DNA from: Eledone cirrhosa
Lineage: Eukaryota
Direction of reading: 5' to 3'
NCBI GenBank assembly: GCA_964016885.1
Contig: OZ024753.1
Location: forward strand, 21,142,001 to 21,206,000
Length of the DNA stretch: 64,000 nt
The position numbers and the translations under genes are program-made. Below, piece by piece: positions 10,324 to 22,984 of this stretch (position 1 is its first letter; the number at the start of each line of letters is the position of its first letter). Under the pieces are notes generated by a model that worked only from the letters and a program-made list of their open reading frames with translations, did no database searches and was not told the origin of the DNA.

Positions 10324-13300
10324 CATCGTCATTTTACGTCCACTTTTCCCTGCTTGCAAGGGTGGGATGGGTCTTATTCAGCACAGCATCTCTCCACTCG
10401 TCACGGTCCTTCGTCATCTCCACTGTGAGCTTCAATGATCTGAGGTCTGTTCTCACCACCTCCGCCCATGTTTTTCGTGGTCTACCTCTACCACATCTTC
10501 CTTCAACTGGCATTTCCTGGCACTTCTTCACCCATCGGTCATCCTCCATGCGCATCACATGTCCATACCACCTCAGTCTCCTCTCCCGTACACTACATTC
10601 TATCCCTCTCAGACAGTTTCTCTCTCAATACATTTATGCTGGATCGTTCACGCACATTTACACTGCACATCCAACAGAGCATGCTTGCCTCATTTTTCTC
10701 CAGCCGTCGCATATCCTCTGCAGTTGCTGCCCATGTCTCACTACCATGCAGCATCGCGCTCCTCACACAAGCATCATACAACCGGCCTTTCGTACGCAGG
10801 GAGAAACCCTTCTTCGACAACAGAGGAAGCAGCTCCCTAAACTTCTTCCAACCCATCCTTATTCTAGATACTATGGCCTCGGAACACCCTCCTCCCATGC
10901 TAATCTGATCTCCTAGGTACCGGAAGCTATCCACCACTTCTATAGCGCCCTCCTGCATCTGAAAAATGTGTCTATCAATGCGACTTCTACTGTCTAATTT
11001 CCCTGTACATCTACTGCATACATATTTCTCCCTACCTGTTAGTTTGCCTGCTATCCCGCTACATCTCTTGTGTACCCAGGATCTGCATTGTGTGCATTTT
11101 ATAGAATTTATGCCAGTTCCTTTTCTGCATATCGAACATGGCCATTTCCCTGACGGAATCAGGGTTTTGTCCTCTTTTCTACTCATCAACACTTTTGTCT
11201 TAGCTAGATTCACTCTCAGTCCTCTTGCTTCCAACTGCTGTTTCCATAGCCAGAATTTATTCTCCAGCTCCTCTACTGATTCTGCTATAAGAACCAGATC
11301 GTCAGCATAGAGAAGTTCCCATGGACAGCCAGTCTTAAACTCCTATGTTATGGCTTGGAGGACTATAATGAACAAGAGCGGGCTGAGGACCGAACCCTGA
11401 TGTACTCCTACTTGTATCTGGAATTCCTCATTAAACTCCATTCCTACCCTGACTTTACTGAGAGTACCTCTGTACAAAGTTTGCACTGTCCTCACAAGCC
11501 ATTACTCAACACCTCGCTTCCTTAGGGACCACCAGATGACAGATCGGGGTACCCTATCAAAGGCCTTCTCTAGGTCAACAAAGGCTAAGTATAGTGGCTT
11601 ATTCTTCTCTAAGAACCTCTCTTGCAATTGTCTCACCAAGAAGAGGGCATCTGTTGTACTCTTCCCAGGCACAAAACCAAACTGCATCTCATCTAGTTTG
11701 ACCCTTTCTCTAATTAGTTGTGCTAAAATCCTTTCTGCCACTTTCATAACCTGATCTATCAGTTTTATACCCCTATAATTGCTCCTCTCCAGAGCATCCC
11801 CTTTACCTTTGTAGCAATTTATGAGAATACTGCTGCACCAGTCTTTGGGTATGACAGCACCATATATAGCCTGATTGATGATGCGTGCAACCAGTTTAGT
11901 GCCTACGTTCCCTGATGCCTTCAGCATCTCAGCAACTATTCCCGATGGTTCGGCAGCCTTACCATTTTTCATTTCCCTAATCGCCTCTTGGACCCTATAT
12001 TCGTCAATCTCAATAGCTGGTCCCTCTGTCGGATCTACCAAGGGTAATTTCTCTCTCTCCCATTTGTTCTCCACATTCATCAGTATCTCATAATGACATT
12101 TCCAGGCCTCCTTTTTCTGATCATTCGTGACACTATGTACACCGGCATCATCCCGAACACATTTATCTCCAACAACATCCTGATTTGCATTGACACACTG
12201 CCTTGCAATGTGGAACACCGCATGCCTCTGATCTTCCCATCGCAGAACATTGGCAAACCTCCTACTCTCTGCCTCCCTGCGTGCTAAGTACACCTGACGT
12301 CTAGCTTCTCTCTTAGTGGCTGTATATTCTTCCCTACTCCCACCCTTTTTCCAAGCCTTCCATGCTAGTCTTTTGTCTCTAATAGCCTTATCTACTGTGC
12401 TGTTCCACCACCAGGTCACTCTCTGTCTGGTTGGAGCTCTGCTCCAGCCACAAGTTTCATCAGTAGCCTGCATCAAGTTGTCACGTAAGAAATTCCAGTT
12501 ATTATCTATGTCATACGTTTCTAAATCGTCTTCTTTTTCGTCATATACATCTTGAAGGGCTTTCCTAAATTTGTATTTTAGTGAAAGGTCTTTTAGCTTT
12601 CAGACCTTTCTTCTCCACACCTTCCTATATGTCTCATTCCATCTCTTGTTTACTGAGATATCACTAACAACTAACCTATGCTGTGGGGTTCATTCTTCCC
12701 CAGGGTATGCCTTGGTATTAGACACTATCTGCCTGTGCCGCTGCCTAACTAGTAAGAAGTCAATCTGGCTTATGTGCTCACCAGATTTGTAGGTTATTAG
12801 GTGATTGGCAGGTTTCTGGAAGTTTGTGTTGCAAATAGTCAATGTACCTGCATCACAAAATTCAAGAAGTCTCACTCCTTCGTTTCTTGAACCATAACCG
12901 TGCCCACCATGTACCCCAGTGTAACCATCCTGGAGCTGTCCAACATGACCATTGAAGTCTCCTACTAGCATAACGATGTCTCCGTCCTCTGTCATTGCGG
13001 TTGTTTGCAAAAGTTGCTGATAAAAGCAGTCTTTCTCATCTTTGCCTAGGCCTGCTTGGGGAGCATAGGCCGAGATGATTGTCAGTAGTCTCCTACCTAC
13101 AACTAATCTAAGCTTAATTATTCAATTACTAACTCGAACTACCTCTATTGTCTTATTGATCCATTTCTCAGCCAGGAAAATGCCTACTCCCCCTAACCCA
13201 TCATCCTTACCTACCCAGAATAGCTTATAGCTAAGACGTTTGCCTACAACTAGTCTCGCAGAGGCACCTGTCCATCTCACCTCTTGCACGCAGCACACAT

Positions 13301-13397
13301 CCACCTGCCTTCTCTCTAGCATCTCCGCTATTTCAGCAGATCTACCTCTGAGAGTGCCAACATTAAGTGTTGCAACTCTGAGATGCGACGTCGTCAT
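10320..13397 (-). mobile_element. Near full-length RTE LINE (APE endonuclease + RT + PHD-type finger), disrupted by stops and frameshifts
   Basis: ORF pieces LRVATLNVGTL..CCVQE, GDFNGH, FVDLEKAFDRV, YADD (about 11300), CSIC..C..C..VHKRC; (TGA)n tail at 10318-10333. Confidence 0.95.
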
Positions 13398-13869
13398 ATT
13401 TTGTTGTTGTTCCTATTTGTTGCTGTGCTGATAAGCGTTTTGGCATTGATACACTGGTTGGATGCCCTTCCTAACACCAGCGCCACTTTACAGCATGGAC
13501 TGGGTGCTTTTATTTGTGCCACCAGCACTAGAGAGGATGTCTTACTAGACTCAAGGGCCCTCTCTACCCCTCCATTTTACAGCATGGTCATAAAAAAAAA
13601 AAAAAAACTTATTGACACGACGCACACACACACTCACACACCAACACTCATGCATACAAACCACAACCACACACACGCCACTCACATATCAACACTCATT
13701 CATGCATACAAACACACACACCACTCACAAACACACACATATATATATATTACCGGCAGTACTGATACAAATACAAAATCAAAATCAATATCATGTCAAC
13801 TGTTGTCCTTTCCCAGTCCGGTTCAGCTTGTATATAATAATAATAATAATTGTTTGCTTTACGCTGGTA

Positions 13870-14255
13870 ATGGCGGTGATGGTGGTGGATGGTGTCAGTG
13901 TGGTGGTGGTGGATGGTCAGTGATGGTGGTGGCAGTTGTTGGTGCTGTAGTTGTTATTGTAGTTGCTGCTGCTGTTGCTGTTGTTGTTGTTGTTGCTGTC
14001 ACTGTTGTTGTTGTTGCTGTTCTTCATTTCACTGCTGCTGTTGCTGCAGACAATGGTGTTGATGCTATTGCAGTCGCATATATATAAATACATACATACA
14101 CACACATTCAACACAGACAATGGTGTTGTTGTTGTTGGTGTTGCTGCTGTTGTTGTTGTAGTTGTTGCTGTGTTGAAATCTGGTCGCATCCACTGAGATA
14201 TACATATACACACACATATATATATGTATATACACATACATACATATATATATAG
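13870..14255. repeat. (GTT)/(GCT)/(GGT) and (TA/CA) microsatellites
   Basis: Visible simple repeats. Confidence 0.85.
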
Positions 14256-14750
14256 AGGCACATGACTTAGTGGTTAGAGCATTGGCCTTGCAATCGAAAG
14301 GTTGTGAGTTCAATTCTCAGACCAGGTGATGTGTTGTTTCCTTGAGCAAGACACTTTCACATTGCTCCAGTTTACTCAGCTGTAGAAATGAGATGATAGG
14401 GACTGGGGTCCCTATCATTCCACTGCAAAGTGGTCATGGAGGTGCCACGGCAAAAAAGCGCCCAACCCACACTGTAAAGTGCCACGGGAAAAAGCACCCA
14501 CCACTCACTGTAAATGAGGTTGATGTTAGGAAGGGCATCCAGCTGTAGAAATCAAGCCAGAATCAGTTCCTGTATGAGCAAGACAAAGTCAGCTGACCGG
14601 ACACTGCCCACAACAGGACAATCCGTCTAACCCATGCTAGCGTGGAAGAACATACATAAAACAGTGATGATGATGATGATACAAGTGGGACAAATCTCGT
14701 CAAACCCATGCTAGCGTAGAAGATAGACGATAAACGATGATGATGATGAT
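14255..14750 (+). mobile_element. SINE family B: tRNA head + V/CORE-like domain + RTE-derived 3' tail (tail end duplicated)
   Basis: A box ttagtggttagag, B box gagttcaattc, ccttgagcaagacact domain, then ttaggaagggcatccagctgtagaaa...aacccatgctagc...(tga)n, closely matching the RTE 3' end at 63160-63316. Confidence 0.75.
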
Positions 14751-14798
14751 AATATTAACAATATTAATAAATGGAGAATATCTTTATAATACCATATT

Positions 14799-14858
14799 CA
14801 TTTTATTATACATATTTCAAGGACACTAAATTTTAGTGTGCTTTCATCAGATAAAATA
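14799..14858 (-). ncRNA. Type I hammerhead ribozyme with minimal stem III
   Basis: Reverse complement: uauuuuau CUGAUGA aag-c-acacuaaa-a-uuuagugu-c-cuu GAAA uauguAUA auaaaaug; stems I and II pair and the core is intact. Confidence 0.8.
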
Positions 14859-14947
14859 TAATATTCGGTGTTAAGATATTGACATACCTTAGCATAAACT
14901 TAATAGTATAAGCCCACTATATGCAGTGAGGTAAACATTCAAAATCA

Positions 14948-14999
14948 CTGATGAAAGCACACTAAAATTTAGTGTCCTTGAAATACGCATAATAAAATA
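14948..14999 (+). ncRNA. Inverted partial copy of the same hammerhead (5' strand of stem I missing)
   Basis: CTGATGA aagcacactaaaatttagtgtcctt GAAA tacgcata ataaaata; inverted repeat of 14777-14850. Confidence 0.6.
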
Positions 15000-15117
15000 A
15001 ATATGGTAGTATAAAGATATTTTAATAATACTCCAGATAAATCTTGTAGAGTGCTTCAAATCTGTTATAAAATTAATTCTGTTGAATAATAATCAACAAA
15101 CCATATAACTCACTATT

Positions 15118-15170
<53 letters not shown>

Positions 15171-15182
15171 TTAATATAGATG

Positions 15183-15233
15183 AGATTCTACAGGACTAGA
15201 ACTGTTTCATTCACTAGAAATCATCAGGAATCT
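15183..15233 (-). ncRNA. Type I hammerhead ribozyme (GUA cleavage triplet)
   Basis: Reverse complement: agauuc CUGAUGA uuuc-uagu-gaau GAAA cag-uucuaguc-cuG UA gaaucu; 6-bp stem I, stem III cag/cug. Confidence 0.8.
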
Positions 15234-15527
15234 GGGTATCAAAAAATAAATATGGTATTTATAGGTCTCTACAAGTGGTAGGAGAGGGTGGGGAGTGGGA
15301 TGGGTGCAGGTCATTGGTTGATAGAAAAGGGAATTCATTAAAAGCTAATTCTACAAAGCTATAGTTTATTTTTATTTATTTATGTTTTTAGAGTAACAAA
15401 GGCAGACAGAATTCTATAAACAGGTTCCGGATGGCATACCATTCCTTGTCATTAAGTTTCTCTTAAGCTAACAGGTGTCTATAAAATCAGTGGGGGGTCA
15501 GTCATGGTCGATAGAATTAAAGAAAAG

Positions 15528-15621
15528 GGAGATTCTTTAAAAGCTAAAGTCATTAAGGTTCTACTAAGTGACAAAGGTCACTTAGTAGAACCTTAATGAC
15601 TTTAGCTTTTAAAGAATCTCC
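15528..15621. repeat. Perfect hairpin with 45-bp arms and a 4-nt loop
   Basis: ggagattctttaaaagctaaagtcattaaggttctactaagtgac-aaag-exact reverse complement. Confidence 0.95.
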
Positions 15622-16102
15622 AAATATTCGCTTATATTTCTTTATATATTCTCTATATATATTTTTTATCTTTATTATTTCCACTTTTATCCTCCTTTAT
15701 ATTTTACCTTATTCTTACTTTTATACCTTATTATAGTGTAATCTTCCCCATGCCTTATTATACACTATTAATTATAGATTATTATTATTACTCTTTTTCC
15801 ATTTCTAATTACCTCATGTACCTTCTCCTCCGCTATATATATATATTGTACGCCCTTTGTGTTTGTGTAGCCTCTGCGCACCCTCTGCACCATACTATCG
15901 ACGCCACCCCATCTATGGTTCAGCTAACCACCCGACTCCCGGGAATGAATATGACCGCAGCTAGTAAACAAGGACCCACACCCCACCCTCCCGCACCAAA
16001 ATTAGACTTATCGTCCCCTACTTTTGCTCTTTACTCTCTTTACTCTTTGTTCTTGAATGTTTGGTTGGTAGAGTCCATAACACCAATCAAACCCCTTTTA
16101 TA

Positions 16103-16147
16103 GCTCTGATGAATCCTACGGTTACGTAAGGAAGAAACATTGTAAGC
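16103..16147 (+). ncRNA. Type I hammerhead ribozyme with minimal stem III
   Basis: gcu CUGAUGA a-ucc-uacg-guua-cgua-a-gga-a GAAA cauuG UA agc, followed by AATAAA; stem I is short. Confidence 0.65.
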
Positions 16148-16354
16148 CAATAAAAATCTTTTGATGTTGTAGACGCTCTTGTGTTCTTTTTCATATATAC
16201 GGCTCTGCTCCAAAGCATAGAGCTAATTATTATGCTGCCAATACCTTAATGGGACACGGGTATACAATACCTAACTCCTATTAACCTAAGTATATATATA
16301 TATATATAAATAACAATACTGACCTAAGAGAAATATAAATAAATAAATAAATAT

Positions 16355-18035
16355 CGTCCCCCGTTCCATTATCTGGTGGGCTCTTAGAAAACTAGGTGTT
16401 GACGAATGGCTTGTGAGAGCTATACAAGCCATGTATAAAGAAACAGTCAGCAAGGTTAGAATTAACAACGAATATAGTGAAGAGTTTAGCGTAAAAGTTG
16501 GCGTCCATCAAGGCTCTGTTCTCAGCCCCCTACTATTTATTATTGCCCTTCAAGCTATAACAGAGGAGTTCAAGACCGGCTGCCCATGGGAACTCCTATA
16601 CGCAGATGAATCAATGGCCGAGTTAGAGAAGAAATTCCAAGCATGGAAGCATGGCCTAGAATCAAAAGGCCTTAAAATTAACCTGGCTAAGACTAAAGTT
16701 CTAGTTTGTAAGAAAGAAAATAAGGCTGCGGTCCCTTCCGGGAAGTGGCCATGCTCAGTGTGTAGGAAAGGCGTAGGTAGAAACTCCATTTTGTGTCCCA
16801 AATGCAAAGTATGGGTGCATAAAAGATGTAGTGGGATCACAGGTAAGCTAACTAAGAACATAGATTTTACATGTGGCCGGTGCTCTTGTGCAATAAGTAG
16901 CAGGAAGTGCCCACAAATACTAGCTCTTTCAATTGCGCAGAGGGTTCTATAGAAATAGTGGACAGCTTCCGTTACCTGGGTGACAAAATCAGCAGTGGTG
17001 AAGGGTGCTCTGAAAGTACAGTAGCTAGAGTCAGAACTGGATGGAAAAAGTTCAGAGAGCTTATACCACTATTAGCCGCTAAAGGGTTCTCCCTAAAAAT
17101 GAAAGGCAGGTTGTATGATGCCTGCATACGAACAGCAATGTTGCATGGCAGTGAGACCTGGGAATTGTGTGCAGAGGATATACGCAGACTAGAGAGAAAC
17201 GAAGCTTGCATGCTCCGCTGGATGTGTAATAGTAATATACGTGAACGGCAAAGCATAAACGAACTAAGGAAAAAATTAGAAATAAGAGGGATCAGATGTT
17301 GTTTACTCGAGAGAAGGCTACGTTTGTATGGTCACGTGATGCGCATGAAAGACGATAGCTGTATAACAAAGTGCAGGGCAATAAAGATAGACGGTAGCCA
17401 CGGAGTAGGCAGACCCAGAAAAACCTGGGACGACCTGATAAATTCCGACCTCACACACTTACACCTCTCCAAGACAATGTCACTGGACCGAGACCTTTGG
17501 CGGTACTCAGTAATAGAGAAGACCCGCCTTACCTAAATACAAAGTAAAACCTACTACAGTCAGTAGGCATCTCTAACAAAATACACCCCGTCCCACCACC
17601 CCCACCCCATCCACACCGCCCCTTTCAATGTAAAGTTATGTTGGTGCCACAACATCCGGGCCGAAACAAATGAGATCGTGTAGGTGTCACGACAAAAAAA
17701 CACACAGTCCACGCTGTAATGTGGCCATGTAGGCAACACGGTAAAAACCTCCCAGCCCCACACTGTAAATGTGGTTGGTGTTAGGAAGGGCATCCAGCTG
17801 TAGAAAACCCGCCAGACAGTCCTCGCTGTAATGTGGCCATGTAGGCAACACGGTAAAAACCTCGCAGCCCCACACTGTAAATGTGGTTGGTGTTAGGAAG
17901 GGTATCCAGCTGTAGAAAACCCGCCAGACAGTCCTATGCAAGCAAGACAATCACTCTTGCCTCAAGTGGGAAAACCCCCGTCCAAACCCATGCAAGCGTG
18001 GAACACGGACGTTAAACGTTGATGATGATGATGAC
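16355..18035 (+). mobile_element. 5'-truncated RTE LINE
   Basis: RT C-terminal part (GVHQGSVLSPLLF), PHD-type Cys/His cluster, 3' UTR with a duplicated block of about 110 bp and a (TGA)n tail; an 18-bp deletion turns YADD into YADE. Confidence 0.9.
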
Positions 18036-18239
18036 AAGCACAATAACAACAAACTCATATAAACACACACTAGTAAACTAAAATAGAATACAATAACCAA
18101 ATCACAGTCACCCAAACGCAAACACACACACCAAACACTATACACACACGCAAACGCATACGCAGAGAAGAAGACAAAAATAAATAAATAAACAGATTAC
18201 ATAAAGACGGCGTAGACATACAATACAAGAGGAACATGA

Positions 18240-18286
18240 TAGCATCACTGACGATGTTGCAGATGTGCAACGAAAGAACTTTGTTA
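18240..18286 (+). ncRNA. Candidate hammerhead ribozyme
   Basis: CUGACGA u guugca-gaug-ugcaac GAAA gaaCUU; 6-bp stem II; stem I is weak; about 180 nt upstream of an element end at (TA)n. Confidence 0.5.
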
Positions 18287-18489
18287 GACTATATATATGT
18301 GTTTGTGTCTATATTATATCTGTATTTTTGACCGTTGGTCAGTCAATGGTAAATATTGAGGACCGAATAAATTAAGTGATATACAGAAGCGAAAACCAAC
18401 TAAACAGTGAATGAGTTCTGTTATTAATTCTGCTAATATTATTACAGCAATATGACCCTCCCCAAGTATATATATATATATATAAGTAG

Positions 18490-20030
18490 AAGGGGTTTTT
18501 AATTTGTTGGAAGTCCGACAAATATAAATGTTTATAACTGATTTAGAGCACTCAACAGAGTAGTGGAGTAAATATTCAATGATATTAAATAAATAGAAAC
18601 TATATTTATAAAACCATATTTATTTTATTATATATATTTCAAGGGTACCAAGACACATTGGTACGCTTCCCTCAGATAAAATACAAAGTTTGTTTTATAA
18701 ATAGAGACATACCCATGAAAATCATACCTTATCGGTTGGATATTCACTGGATAGTGGAAATATATTGGGGATTTTTCAAACTTATGGCTGAATATGCAAA
18801 TGAATATGTGAATAATTGAAAAACAACCGTTTATTTAAATGACTATGGAGAGAGAGAGAAGAGATAAGAGGAGAAGGGTAAAATAGTGCGAGAGAGAGAA
18901 GAAAGAAACAAGAGAAGATGAATAAAAACTCATATAACGTTAATTTGAAGGAAATATATTCTAAGTATATATCTTAATAGTACGTGTATTTACGATTATT
19001 AGTTGTTTAAAATCTGTTTATAATATAATATTTTTCTTCTGTTATAAGTGCATAAATAAATAAATACATAATAAATAAATAAATAGATGGGTATATCATG
19101 TTATAGATAATTGTTCTAATGAGTTATGAGGGATATAGGTTTTGTATTTAATGTAAATAAATATTAAGTTAAATTAAATTAAATTAACTGAGTTAAGAAG
19201 AATATTTATATTTATATAATTTAAAATGGGAAGATACGGAAAAAACTCCGGTTTAATTTATTTATTCGTTAGTGTGAGACTATTTAGTCAAAATAAGTAT
19301 AGATGTTGAAAGTTACATTTAGCCAGAATCAGTTAGTGGTTATAAATCTATTGAAAAAATATTGATAAAGTAATGAAAAAATATTGAAAAAGTATTGAAA
19401 AAATATTGAAAAATTTGAGAAAATTTTTTTGAAAAAATAATTTATAAGAGATAAGTAATTTTTAAAGAAGTAAAAATTAAAGAAATAAAAATTATTAAAA
19501 TTAAAATTAAAATTTTAAAAAAATTAGAATTATATACATATATATTTTATGAAACTTTAAGAAGTGGAATTACAGCAAATGTTATAGATATTATGATTTA
19601 GAGATATCAATATATTAAACCAAGTGGATGAGATTGATATGGAAATAAGTAGAAATATTATAAGTTCTGAATGTTGAATTCTGGCGATGTCTACAAGAAT
19701 TAAATAAATTCGTTCTTAGATTAATAGAGTTTTTACATTTAAGTATGTAAAAAATTTCCTCAATACACAATTTGCAGAATCTAGATAAAGCTGTGTTTCG
19801 GTACGCGGGTGCTTTTGAAACTGTTTCCCAAGCTAATGAATAGTCCATATCCTTGCATTTTAAGTTCCATATCAGGTTTGAAAGAGAAGTTGAAGATTTT
19901 TCATCAAATCTTTGGAAAGAACGATTGTGGTTATTCCAGCGACTTTTAAATTCTGTATCCGAAACACAGCTTTATCTAAATTCTGCAAATTTCGTCAGAC
20001 GAAATGATGGAGGTTGCATGTATTTTAAAT
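18490..20030 (-). mobile_element. Penelope-like element 3' portion (GIY-YIG C-terminus + AT-rich 3' UTR with hammerhead)
   Basis: ORF 19615-19848 has FCKLCIEE..YI.....INLRTNLFNSCRHR, the C.LC..E....LN.R.....CRH end of PLE endonucleases. Confidence 0.7.
18621..18683 (-). ncRNA. Hammerhead ribozyme variant (core CUGAGGG)
   Basis: Reverse complement: uauuuuau CUGAGGG aag-c-guaccaa-uguguc-uugguac-c-cuu GAAA uauauAUA auaaaaua. Confidence 0.7.
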
Positions 20031-21184
20031 TGAGTGCCACTAACTTCAGTGTTTAGCAATTTTTAGACAACTCTATCATAGAAACAATTGTTAGACTGTA
20101 AATAAATCTCCTTGTTTGTACTGTTGACCAATTATTCTTCACTTTTTCAATTTTATTACTCCAAGATAAGTGAAGTCATAAACTCGTCATCCACGTAAAC
20201 CTCTTGTTGAGTCACACAGCACCGTATGCTTAAACTATCCATGATAAGTAGTTTTCACAACCTCTTATCGGATTACTTTTAACGATATATTGTTATCCTC
20301 TCTCTCTCTTTATATATATAGGGAGTGTAACTTTTATTTTTTTCTTATAGCATTTTAAAGGGTCCATCGAGCTGCCGATTATTGAGTCGGGCAAGATCGA
20401 TACAGATCGAACCTTGAGCTGATCAGTGGCGAAACGCACGTCACCTACCAATAAATATAATGAAGGAGTAACCAATCGTCCTTGTTATCCTTTCAATATA
20501 TATATATATATATAATAGTAAAAAAGAAAAAACAATAGAAAATGCTAATGGGATTTTCTCATAGAATAACAGCAAAACATTTATTTACAAAAAAAGGAAT
20601 TTATCGTACCGGTTTCAGCTACGTGGGCTTCTTCATTCAACAGAAGTGTATAATAACATTTATAATGGAGTTAGGTTGTATATTAATAGGAATATGTTAT
20701 TAAATAACATGGTTTACATACATATATATAAAAGAGTTCACATATTTGTTTATCGCTTTCTCTCTTTCTCTCCTTGGTGGTGTTGACTATAATTGCAGCA
20801 GTATGTTCTTAGTGTACAACACCAAAATATATATATATATATATACAAAATATATATATATAGATAGATACACACACACACATCTATATACATATATGTA
20901 TATATAAACATATTTATAATATGTCACTTGAATACAATTTCACAGTTAAAGGACTAACATTTATTACATAACAGGCACGTATTTCACCAATGAACAGGTG
21001 AGCAATAACTGGAATTGCTAATCTGATGGGATCTATTGGAAAATTCAAATTCCAATATCTTTGTGTCAAGACCGTGATAAATCAACATCCTCAGATTTTC
21101 ACAATGTTTTCCCTTTACAAAATCCGATCACTACAATATTCACTCTCTCTCTTTATATATATATATATACATACACACACACCA

Positions 21185-22639
21185 TTACCACGGATATATA
21201 CTATAAACACACAGACACCCATCAATATCTGAATTTTAAGTCGTGCCATCCACCTCATACAAAATGCAACATCCCATACTGCCTAGCCAGAGGAATTTGT
21301 ACTATTGTAGTAGATACGAATGCCAGGAACAAATGCCTAACAGAACTGAGAGAATTTTTGCTCAAACAAAAATACCCATCTCTACTTATAGAAAATGGCA
21401 TACAGCGGGCTATAAAACTACCTATACAACAACTTAGGACAACCCAAGGAAGAAGGAACCAAGAACTGGTCATACCATTTATAATGACACACAACCCATG
21501 TCACCAGAATATCTTCAACACTGCCAAAACAAACCTACTGATCATTGCTCAAAAGTAATGAATTAAAAGGTTTAGTCACAGACCGAGCTTTGATTCTTAG
21601 TAAAAGACAGCCGAAAAATTTGAAGCAATTACTAACAAAGTCAAAGTTTGACCGTAACAACAAAGACCAATCATTCACTGTATCTAAATGCAATGATAGA
21701 CGATGTGGCACATGTCAGTTCATACATACTGGTCAATATATGAACACAAAAACTGGAAAAATATTCCCAAATGCATATATGAACTGCAAAAGCAGAAATC
21801 TAATTTACTGCATTAAATGTCCGAATTGTGAAGAACTATATGTCGGTCAAACTGGAAATGCACTATCGGAACATGTACGGGTGCACCAACAGCAAATCAG
21901 AGACCCAAATGTCCGTCCGATACCCCTGAGTAACAATCTAACAACATGTGCTAGAAAATATTTATAATATTTCCATTCTACAAACTACACAGCCCAAGTG
22001 AAATCAAGAGAAACATTAAAGAAAAGAATTTTATTGATAAATTCCAACCCAAGCTAAATGAACAATAATAATGCTTAGGGGTATTACTTCTACTATGACT
22101 ACGCCTACGACCATGTCGACTACCACCACTAACAACAACAACAACAATAATAATAATAAAAGTGATGTTGATGTTGATGATTACTGAAGATTTTTTTATA
22201 AAAACCCTAGAAAACGCTATTTTCATCATTTCTAAAAATAGCAAAACAATTGATGCTTTGGATAGGGTCAAATAGAAGTCTTTAGACATGCTCAACCAAC
22301 CCTGATGCCTAAACCAATCAGCTTTAGTAATCTAGTGAAACCACACACCGGTTGGTCGAAATACATTCTGTAGCCCCTTTTTACTGTATATAAGGCACAG
22401 ATTTTAGCCATCTCATTACAGTTGAAAATTGCAAACTTGACTGTCACCACTGAATATGAAGCTCAAGATTGCGAAAGCATGAAAGTACTTGATCAATTAA
22501 CATTTAATATTCTACCATACTATTTCATTATAATATCATTATAATTTTAAAGGATTGTAAATAAAATGAGTAAATCAGACAAAGTTGGAATTCCTTTTAT
22601 TAATATAATATTCTATACACAATCATACACACCTGTGTA

Positions 22640-22640
<1 letters not shown>
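21185..22640 (+). mobile_element. Penelope-like element fragment (RT thumb + GIY-YIG endonuclease)
   Basis: TDIYYKHTDTHQYLNFKSCHPPHTKCNIPYCLA; C.DRRCGTC; CKSRNLIYCIKCPNCEELYVGQT. Confidence 0.9.
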
Positions 22641-22678
<38 letters not shown>

Positions 22679-22984
22679 ATATTTGGGGAGGGCCATATTG
22701 TTATAATATTGCCAGAAATATATAATAAAATACACTCACTGTTTTGTTTTGGTTGGTTTTCGCTTCCGTATATTTTATATCTCTATAGTTAATTTAGCTG
22801 GTAATCAATGTTATCATTGATTGACCGACCGTTAAAAATATATATATAAATATATGCAAAGTTTTATTTAAATTGTTGGGTTACAACGAGTAAATATTTA
22901 TAACTGATATAAAAGCACTCAACAAGTATTTGGAGTATATTTACGATATTAAATAAATGGAAACTATATTTATAAAATCATATT

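Noticed and set aside
10362-10916. Antisense ORFs over RTE and Tx1 coding regions (also 61771-62889, 44718-47444)
   Set aside because: Shadow ORFs of the retroelement coding strand
14255-14330. tRNA gene
   Set aside because: The tRNA-like head continues into SINE core and LINE tail; no clean cloverleaf
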